Shown here piece by piece: positions 25,984 to 32,000 of a DNA stretch of 32,000 nucleotides. Made by a program: the position numbers and the translations under genes. How positions within the stretch are numbered: the stretch's first letter is position 1; each line of letters starts with the position of its first letter. This DNA is from Geotalea daltonii FRC-32 (GTDB lineage Bacteria; Desulfobacterota; Desulfuromonadia; Geobacterales; Geobacteraceae): contig NC_011979.1 of NCBI RefSeq assembly GCF_000022265.1, positions 4,200,001 through 4,232,000 on the forward strand, written 5' to 3'. Under the pieces are notes generated by a model. That model made no database searches. It was not told the origin of the DNA and worked only from the letters and a program-made list of their open reading frames with translations.

Positions 25984-26235
25984 TTACAGCTCCAGTTCCT
26001 CCGCCATGGACATGGCAAAATTCTTCGCCCGCCCGGAGGGGGCGATGATACCATAGGCAATGGCTTCTTTCAGTTCAGCCCGTGTTGCTCCTGCTTCCTT
26101 CGCGACCGCGAAATGTTTCTTCAATCAAGTCTGGCACCCCACCGCCACCGCACAGCCGATGCGGATCAGCTCGCGGGTCTTCACATCGAGCACCTCTTCG
26201 AACTCATAGTCAAGAATCTTCTTTCTGATGTTCAT
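25984..26235 (-). CDS. AhpD-like / carboxymuconolactone-decarboxylase-family selenoprotein (83 aa, Sec at codon 37)
   Basis: Hand translation gives MNIRKKILDYEFEEVLDVKTRELIRIGCAVAVGCQT-U-LKKHFAVAKEAGATRAELKEAIAYGIIAPSGRAKNFAMSMAEELEL*. The in-frame TGA at 26127..26125 falls where the second Cys of the family's C-x-x-C-x3-H redox motif sits. There is an AAGGGGG RBS. Both halves are under 60 aa, so the gene is absent from the track. Confidence 0.75.
26098..26113 (-). ncRNA. candidate bacterial SECIS stem-loop
   Basis: UUUCGC-GGUC-GCGAAG begins 11 nt after the UGA. The stem is 5 bp plus one G-U pair, and the apical loop is GGUC. Confidence 0.45.
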
Positions 26236-26270
26236 GGAACCCCCTTTCCTGTTGGTAATGGCTGGCCGGA

Positions 26271-27401
26271 TCAACCGGCACCGATACAGAGAGCGGCATA
26301 GATCCTGGCGGCGGCCGTAACCTCGTCGAACAGCACCTGTTCATCCGAGGTGTGGGCGGTCTCCAGGGCACCGGGGCCGAGGATGAGCGGTTTGGTGCCT
26401 GCGGCAAAAAAGAGGTTGCCGTCGGAATGGGAACGAAAAGCATCCAGGCGCAATTTCAAGCCGAGTTCAGGGTAAATGTTTTCCAGCGTTTTCCCAAGGT
26501 GGCTGTTCATGTCCAGGGCATAACCGGCCGAGGCAAAATCAAAGGTAACATCCAGGTCAAGCCCTGGAATTGCCAGCTCTGCACCTGCGGCAATGCGACG
26601 GATCGCCTCCTGAACCACCACCGGGTTCTGGGCAGGCGGAAGATGCAGGTCGATCCAGGTCTCGCAACGGTCCGGCACGACAAAGCCGGCACGTGAGGAG
26701 CTCATTTCTCGGATTGAATATACGATATCCGATCGGGCGCGGTCGAAAATGGGATCTCTTCCCAGGTGCATCAGAACGCGCAGCATGGATTCCACCGCAT
26801 TGTGCCCCAGCTCCGGCAGAGAGGAATGGCTGCGCACGCCACGGGTGACAAAGCCCGCCTCCATATACCCGTAATGGGCAAAGCAGGCGATAAGGCCTGT
26901 CGGCTCGCCGATCACTGCCCATGGTGGATGGTAGCTTTCCAGAAAGGCGGCGCTGCCGTCTCCATTCTCCTCCTCGCCCACCGCCAGGAGCAGCCCGACG
27001 GGCGGGCGCTCCTCAGGTTTCAGGGCAGCGGCCATGGCCAGCCATGCCTCGATCATGGCGGCGCAGCCCCCCTTCATGTCGGCGCTCCCCAGGCCGTAAA
27101 TTACCCTGCCCTCTTCTCTGGCGCCAAAGTCCTCCAGATCCCAGGCCGGCACCGTATCCACATGGGCCACCAGGTAGAGTTGAGGTTCACCGGTTCCCAT
27201 GGTGAGACAGAGGTTGTAACGATCCTCGTCAACCTCCTGGCGTCGGACGGCAAAACCGGCCGTGGAGAAAAGCCCTTCCAGATAAAGCTGGATGTCTTCT
27301 TCCTTGCCGGATGGGGAATAGATATTCAACATCTCGATGAAGGTCCGGCGCAGCCGCCCCGGGTCAATAGCCTGCCATACTCGCTGAATGCGGTCGGTCA
27401 T
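26271..27401 (-). CDS. M20-family metallopeptidase / deacylase (ArgE/DapE-like)
   Basis: I take the ATG at 27401 (ATGA overlap with the GNAT gene stop). Motifs: LVAHVDTVP...GLGSADMKGG...GEEENGDGSA...GEPT...HSSLPELGHNA...HTSDEQV. Confidence 0.9.
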   Translation of the reverse strand: MTDRIQRVWQAIDPGRLRRTFIEMLNIYSPSGKEEDIQLYLEGLFSTAGFAVRRQEVDEDRYNLCLTMGTGEPQLYLVAHVDTVPAWDLEDFGAREEGRVIYGLGSADMKGGCAAMIEAWLAMAAALKPEERPPVGLLLAVGEEENGDGSAAFLESYHPPWAVIGEPTGLIACFAHYGYMEAGFVTRGVRSHSSLPELGHNAVESMLRVLMHLGRDPIFDRARSDIVYSIREMSSSRAGFVVPDRCETWIDLHLPPAQNPVVVQEAIRRIAAGAELAIPGLDLDVTFDFASAGYALDMNSHLGKTLENIYPELGLKLRLDAFRSHSDGNLFFAAGTKPLILGPGALETAHTSDEQVLFDEVTAAARIYAALCIGAG

Positions 27402-27907
27402 GTTTTTTTTCCCGGCTTCCTTTTCGCCTTGCGGGTCAGGTTGAGGGACATGTAGACATGCTCCTGTATATCGGAAAAGCCGTGCTTCTCGAAGAAACGG
27501 ATTGCCGGCAGGTTGTCGGCCGAAGTATCGATAAGCAGCATGCGCACCCCCTGGTCCTTCATCCGCCGCTTCATTTCGGCAAAGAGGCTGGTGCCGACCC
27601 TTCCTTTCTGGATGTTCCTGCTCACCCCGAGCCAGACCAGGTAGCCGTATTTCCACGGGGAATGATGCTTCTTTACCGTGGTCCCCAGGGCAAAACCACA
27701 AATCCTGTCACCCACCTCGGCAACCAGGCAAAGTTCCGAATCGGAATTGAAGAGGGTGGTGATCTCGTACTCGTCCCAGGTGCGGTAGAGGCTTTGGGAA
27801 TACTCGGCGGTAAAGACCTCCTCGCCGATGTGGAAAACCTCGGGGAAATCATCGATGTTCATGTCGCGGATGCGGAGCGGTTCCTCTGCTGCAGACGTCT
27901 CTGCCAT
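27398..27907 (-). CDS. GNAT-family N-acetyltransferase
   Basis: IRDMNIDDFPEV...GFALGT...LVWLGVSRNIQKGRVGTSLFAEMKRRMKDQGVRMLLIDTSADNLPAIRFFEKHGF. This includes a Q/RxxGxG/A-type acetyl-CoA motif. Confidence 0.9.
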   Translation of the reverse strand: MAETSAAEEPLRIRDMNIDDFPEVFHIGEEVFTAEYSQSLYRTWDEYEITTLFNSDSELCLVAEVGDRICGFALGTTVKKHHSPWKYGYLVWLGVSRNIQKGRVGTSLFAEMKRRMKDQGVRMLLIDTSADNLPAIRFFEKHGFSDIQEHVYMSLNLTRKAKRKPGKKT

Positions 27908-27987
27908 ATCTACCTCGCCAGTTTAGCAGTACTCCATAAAAGGATAAAATTCAAGTGGCTGTAAAAAGGAAACAGGCTTTCATCATC

Positions 27988-29826
27988 TCAGAATCTGCTG
28001 CTCAGGGTGCGATCCAGGTTAAAGGCCGCACTGATCAAGGCAAGATGGGTAAAGGCCTGGGGAAAATTGCCGAGTGCCTCCCCCTGGGAGCCGGTCTGCT
28101 CCCCATAAAGGCCCAGATGGTTGGCATAGCCGAGCATACGCTCGAATAAAAGTCTCGCCTGATTCAGTTTGTCCGGATGGGCCCGTCCGGCCCGGGTCAG
28201 AGCCTCCACCAGCCAGAATGAGCACATGTTGAAGGTCCCCTCTTCCCCTGGAAAACCGTCGATGCGGCTCTCCGGGGGATAGCGGTAGACCAGGCTGTCG
28301 CTGGCAAGGCCGCCATGCTTCGGATACTCCAGTATAGCTTCAATGGTGCCCAGCATGCGGGGATCGGTGGGAGCCAGAAAGAACACCAGCGGCATGATCA
28401 ACAGCGAGGCATCCAGATCGTCGCTGCCGTAAAACTGGGTAAAGGCCCGCCGCTTCACATTCCACCCCTGGCTCATCACCTCTTCGTAAATGCGGTCCCG
28501 TTCCTCCAGCCACCTTTTACGCTGGGCGGGGAATGACCTCTTTTCCGCCAGTCGCAGGCCCCGATCAAGGGCGACCCAGTTCATGACCTTGGAATAGATG
28601 AAGTGTTCCCGCCTGTTGCGCATCTCCCAGATCCCTTCATCGGGCCGGCGCCAGTTGTCGCAGATCCAGTTGAGCCGCTCGCGGATCTTCACCCAGACGT
28701 CGTAGGAGATGGGACTGACATATTTGTTGTACAGGTACAGGGCATCCATCACTTCGCCGTGGATATCGCTCTGAAACTGAGAAACTGCCGCATTGCCGAT
28801 CCTGACCGGACCCGACTGCCGGTAGCCCTCCCAGAGGTCCAGGGTCTGCTCTGGTGGCAGGCAATCGCCACCGACGGTCAGCACTACCGGCAGTGATTGT
28901 CCCGGCACGAAATGCTGGGCGGCGCAACTCTCCAGCCAGTCGACGAATGCTGCTGCCTCGGCAACGAAGCCAATGCGCAGAAAACCATAGACGGTGAAGG
29001 CGGCATCCCTGAGCCAGGTATAGCGGTAATCCCAGTTGCGGCTTCCTCCTATCACCTCGGGCAGACTGGTGGTGGGAGCGGCTATGATGGCCCCGGTCGG
29101 CTCAAAGGTCAACAGTTTCAGCGCCAGGGCCGACCGCTGCACCTGCTCCCGCCAGCGGCCATGGTAAGTGCAGGAGGAAAGCCACCTCTGCCAGTATTTC
29201 ACCGTACTCTGGAAAAGTTCCTCAGCCTCCTGCTCCGGCGGCGGGCAGGGGCACTGCACCGCGTCCACGTTCTTGAAAAGAAAAACCCGCGATTCCCCCT
29301 CCTGCAACTGAAACTCGCCGCCCACGCCCCCCTTCTCCTCCACCCGGAGAGGTACCTCTGTCGAAAGGGCAAAGCTGGAATCATCCGCCCTGAAAATGGC
29401 TCCATTAGGTTCAATGGCCACCTGATGGGGCTTTCTCCCATAATCGAAAGCCGGACAGCAGAGGACCGAAAAGCGCATCGCCCCCCTGACGCAGCGCACC
29501 CGGCGATAGATGTAGTGGTACCATGGGGAATCCAGGGCCGGCCCAACGGGCATGAAGTCCTCGATCTCGGCGATGCCGTCGGTCATGAGAAAACGGGTAA
29601 TAAGGATATTGGTGGAGGGCCAGTAAAATTGTTTATATTTCACTCTTTCGGCGACGGGGGATATGCGGAAACGTCCCCCGCAGTTGTCGTCCAGCAGCGC
29701 ACCGAAGATGCTGGGAGAATCGAAGTGGGGATGACAGTACCAGTCGATGGAGCCGTTGATGCCAACCAGTGCGACCGTGCGCATGTTGCCGATCATGCCG
29801 TAGTTTTCCATTGGCTGGTAGGACAT
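27988..29826 (-). CDS. glycoside hydrolase family 15 protein (glucoamylase/trehalase-like)
   Basis: 612 aa. Motifs: [38 protein letters not shown]...[24 protein letters not shown]...GLYGEQ. Confidence 0.92.
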   Translation of the reverse strand: MSYQPMENYGMIGNMRTVALVGINGSIDWYCHPHFDSPSIFGALLDDNCGGRFRISPVAERVKYKQFYWPSTNILITRFLMTDGIAEIEDFMPVGPALDSPWYHYIYRRVRCVRGAMRFSVLCCPAFDYGRKPHQVAIEPNGAIFRADDSSFALSTEVPLRVEEKGGVGGEFQLQEGESRVFLFKNVDAVQCPCPPPEQEAEELFQSTVKYWQRWLSSCTYHGRWREQVQRSALALKLLTFEPTGAIIAAPTTSLPEVIGGSRNWDYRYTWLRDAAFTVYGFLRIGFVAEAAAFVDWLESCAAQHFVPGQSLPVVLTVGGDCLPPEQTLDLWEGYRQSGPVRIGNAAVSQFQSDIHGEVMDALYLYNKYVSPISYDVWVKIRERLNWICDNWRRPDEGIWEMRNRREHFIYSKVMNWVALDRGLRLAEKRSFPAQRKRWLEERDRIYEEVMSQGWNVKRRAFTQFYGSDDLDASLLIMPLVFFLAPTDPRMLGTIEAILEYPKHGGLASDSLVYRYPPESRIDGFPGEEGTFNMCSFWLVEALTRAGRAHPDKLNQARLLFERMLGYANHLGLYGEQTGSQGEALGNFPQAFTHLALISAAFNLDRTLSSRF

Positions 29827-30037
29827 AGGTGCCTCGGCGGAAGAAGAGTAACAAGGCCAATTATACCGCTGACTCGATGCCTTTCAAATGCTGCGCCCGG
29901 TTCATGATTGGTCAGGTAAATCATCCGGAGCCCTCACAGGCCGCACCGCCAGGCATCGCCTTGACTTGCCGCCCGTCGCTGCTAAAATCAAAGTGAGAGC
30001 ACTTTTGCAGCCTTTTTCCCGGCAGAAGGAGGTATTT

Positions 30038-30427
30038 ATGTTCTTCGCAGGAATCGGTCTCGCGCTCATCATCGCTTTTATTCTCACTCTCATCCTGGGC
30101 AGAGGATTCAAGCAATTTGCCTATGCCGACCTGATCGGCCTTTTCTTCATCATCTTTCTCGCCACCTGGGCCGGGGGGCTGTGGATCCAACCGGTGGGAC
30201 CGGCAATGTGGGGTGTATCCTTCACCGTTTTCATCGTTGTCGGAGTTCTCGTCGCCCTGATGGTAGCGGCAACGCTGCCCACTCCCAGCCACCGCAAGGC
30301 ACATCCGCCACCGACTGGAGGCCCCATCGACCGGATTCACCAGGAGAGCTTCCTCAACGTTTTCGTCGTCATGATCATCCTGACTCTCATTGCCGCCATT
30401 ATCTACCGCCTGACGCAACCCCCCTGA
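30038..30427 (+). CDS. small integral membrane protein (about 4 TM), unknown function
   Basis: AGGAGG RBS 7 nt upstream of the ATG at 30038, and hydrophobic helices. The track's longer 29888 start has no RBS. Confidence 0.65.
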   Translation: MFFAGIGLALIIAFILTLILGRGFKQFAYADLIGLFFIIFLATWAGGLWIQPVGPAMWGVSFTVFIVVGVLVALMVAATLPTPSHRKAHPPPTGGPIDRIHQESFLNVFVVMIILTLIAAIIYRLTQPP

Positions 30428-30446
30428 ACACTGTCATGAATCGGCC

Positions 30447-30482
30447 GGGGCAGCCAGCGCCACCTGCTGCCCCTTCATTTCT
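30447..30482 (+). terminator. rho-independent terminator between convergent genes
   Basis: GGGGCAGC-cagcgccacct-GCTGCCCC followed by TTCATTTCTT. Confidence 0.6.
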
Positions 30483-30485
30483 TGA

Positions 30486-31088
30486 TCAGAAGAAATACCT
30501 GACGCCGAAAGTCCCGGAAATACTGCCTGGGCTGAAGTTGCCCGCCTTGGTACCCCGGATCTCGATATCGGCATCGGGAGCAAGCACCGCCCTCAGCTCG
30601 GCATTGACCGCCAGGTTACGGGTGATGAAATAATCCGCTCCGCCGGAGATATGACCACCAAGAACGGTGTCCACGTCTCCCCCCTCATAATCGTTGACCA
30701 GAATATCCAGCCCGGCACCGGCGTAAGGGCTCAGCTTTTCGGCGGTGGGAAACCGGTACTGGCCGCCCATGGCGATGTTGGTGATGCTGAATTCGCCCGT
30801 ATCCCTTCCGGAGGGGAGGCTGGAGCCGAACCAGGTGTGGGTGATGTCCGCTTCCAGGGCGATATTCTTATCCAGACCATAGATGATCCCACCGCCGCCG
30901 ATAAAGCCGGCATCGCTGTTTATCTTGAAATCGTTCAGGTCGCTGTCGGTGGGAATGATAAATCCCAAGCGTCCTGTTACGCCAAGTCTGTTCTGGATGC
31001 TCCCGGCGAAGGCGCTACCCGCCGTTACTCCCATGGATAATGCAATACAGGCAACAGCCAGAATAAAAATCCTGCAAGTCCTCTTCAT
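30486..31088 (-). CDS. outer-membrane beta-barrel protein (OmpW/OmpA-barrel-like)
   Basis: Signal peptide (ILAVACIALSMGVTAGSAFA), alternating strand patterns, and a C-terminal GVRYFF. Confidence 0.8.
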   Translation of the reverse strand: MKRTCRIFILAVACIALSMGVTAGSAFAGSIQNRLGVTGRLGFIIPTDSDLNDFKINSDAGFIGGGGIIYGLDKNIALEADITHTWFGSSLPSGRDTGEFSITNIAMGGQYRFPTAEKLSPYAGAGLDILVNDYEGGDVDTVLGGHISGGADYFITRNLAVNAELRAVLAPDADIEIRGTKAGNFSPGSISGTFGVRYFF

Positions 31089-31284
31089 CGTTCCCTCCCC
31101 TTATAAATTTGAATTAATTGCTTTTAATCTTTAAATAGTACTCAATCATGGTAAACGGTCAAGCAGCAAAAGTTGCCTGTGGGTCTGGGTATGCGGATTT
31201 TTTCAAGATTAGATTCTTTGAATAAGATTATGGAGGGGTTAAACTTTATGTGAGATGGCGACTACTACTGAAGGAGGTAAAACT

Positions 31285-32000
31285 ATGGTGACCGTAAGGC
31301 GCTTGATATTGACCGCAGCCGCCCTGGTTTCGTTCACAGCTTTGGCGTACGCAGATTCTGCCAGCCCTGGTAGCTGCAACTCTGACAGTAAGGTCCTGCT
31401 TGCACAGGCTGGAAGCAGCGGTGGCAGCAGCAGTGGCGGCTTCGGCTCGGGTTCGCCCGGCAGCACCGGAACAGGCATAGGCGGCATGGGAAGCGGCACA
31501 AGGGGGTTTTCCACCGGAGGCTTCGGCTCAGGCACAGGAGGGTCTACCGGTACTGGCTCAGGAGGCAGTTTCGGGACCGGCAGCACTGGAACAGGAGGCT
31601 TCGGCACCGGAACAGGTACGGGGGGAAGCTTGGGGACCGGCAGTGGCAGCGGTACAGGTACGAGCGGAAGCTTCGGTGATACCGGTACAAGTGGAACATT
31701 CGGCACCGGTACCGGCAGCACGACAGGAAGCGGTACTGGCGGGACCTTCGGAACAGGCACTGGTGGCAGTACCTTCGGCACCGGTACTGGTGGCACGACC
31801 GGCACGGGGACCGGCAGCACCTTCGGTACCGGTACAGGTGGAACTCCTGGTACCGGCACTACCGGCCCCGGTGGCACATTCGGAACTGGAACAGGTGGGA
31901 TGACAGGAACTGGTACCAGCGATACTTTCGGCAACGGCGGAAGTATCGGGACAGGAACGGGTGGTAGTTTAGGAACCGACACCGACACAGGGAGAACATC
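31285..32000 (+). CDS. secreted Gly/Thr/Ser-rich FG-repeat protein (5' part; continues beyond the window)
   Basis: AAGGAGG lies 7 nt upstream of the ATG at 31285. Hand translation gives [23 protein letters not shown]|DSASPGSC...[14 protein letters not shown]...[50 protein letters not shown]... The frame is open to the window end, so the gene is not in the track. Confidence 0.75.
   Translation, partial: MVTVRRLILTAAALVSFTALAYADSASPGSCNSDSKVLLAQAGSSGGSSSGGFGSGSPGSTGTGIGGMGSGTRGFSTGGFGSGTGGSTGTGSGGSFGTGSTGTGGFGTGTGTGGSLGTGSGSGTGTSGSFGDTGTSGTFGTGTGSTTGSGTGGTFGTGTGGSTFGTGTGGTTGTGTGSTFGTGTGGTPGTGTTGPGGTFGTGTGGMTGTGTSDTFGNGGSIGTGTGGSLGTDTDTGRT

Noticed and set aside
26125-26127. TGA as a genuine stop, or the AhpD-like gene as a pseudogene
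   Set aside because: The stop falls exactly at the redox Cys position. The downstream frame stays open for 46 codons and ends flush with the next gene's start. A hairpin sits at the canonical SECIS distance. This is still unproven without sel genes or an alignment.
28897-29907. 336-aa plus-strand ORF. Similar antisense ORFs occur at 25423..26301, 26766..27455, 9786..10502, 8122..8916 and 7316..7921.
   Set aside because: All are antisense to confidently recognised genes (GH15, MATE, M20, AAE transporter, pfkA, hydrolase) and have an Arg/Gly/Pro-biased composition.
31239-31988. 249-aa minus-strand 'PVPVPV' ORF
   Set aside because: It is the antisense reading of the GGN/ACN-rich repeats. It has no RBS. 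The plus strand has AAGGAGG, an ATG and a signal peptide.
1-32000. Scan for CRISPR arrays, tRNA/rRNA genes, IS elements and integrases
   Set aside because: I saw no regularly spaced direct repeats, no cloverleaf-like or rRNA-like segments, and no transposase- or integrase-like ORFs. The only repeats are short palindromes and the coding FG repeats.

Overview
About 57% GC, gene-dense bacterial chromosome. The gene content (haem-type chemoreceptor, a small Geobacter-type protein, an AhpD-like selenoprotein, an HME-RND efflux operon) suggests a Geobacter/Desulfuromonas-like deltaproteobacterium; this taxon call is from memory, not a search.

Layout:
- 1-6872 (minus strand): promoter-proximal half of a phage-tail-like extracellular contractile injection system (eCIS) operon. 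Order is DUF4255 cap/terminator, an unassigned 337-aa protein, a long sheath, two tube proteins, a DUF5908-like mini-protein, a LysM tube-initiator and a VgrG-like spike that runs off the window.
- 6896-11368: housekeeping and transport genes (lipoprotein alpha/beta hydrolase, pfkA, AAE-family transporter, YtxH-like protein).
- 11415-13341: secreted two-gene cassette whose large lipoprotein carries pepsin-like aspartic protease motifs.
- 13416-13982: AT-rich orphan lipoprotein gene.
- 14073-20814: four-gene heavy-metal RND efflux cluster (His/Cys-rich mini-protein, OMF, MFP, RND pump).
- 20964-24574: outer-membrane barrel, a small conserved protein, and a chemoreceptor with a CXXCH periplasmic domain plus an extra C-terminal domain.
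- 24616-27907: tightly coupled GNAT / M20 peptidase / hidden AhpD-like selenoprotein / MATE exporter operon. The selenoprotein has an in-frame UGA and is absent from the ORF track.
- 27988-32000: GH15 hydrolase, small membrane protein, 8-strand-type OMP, and the start of a secreted Gly/Thr-rich FG-repeat protein, also absent from the track because it runs off the window.

I saw no rRNA, tRNA, CRISPR array, transposase or integrase. All family assignments are by-eye motif recognition and need HMM or structure searches.
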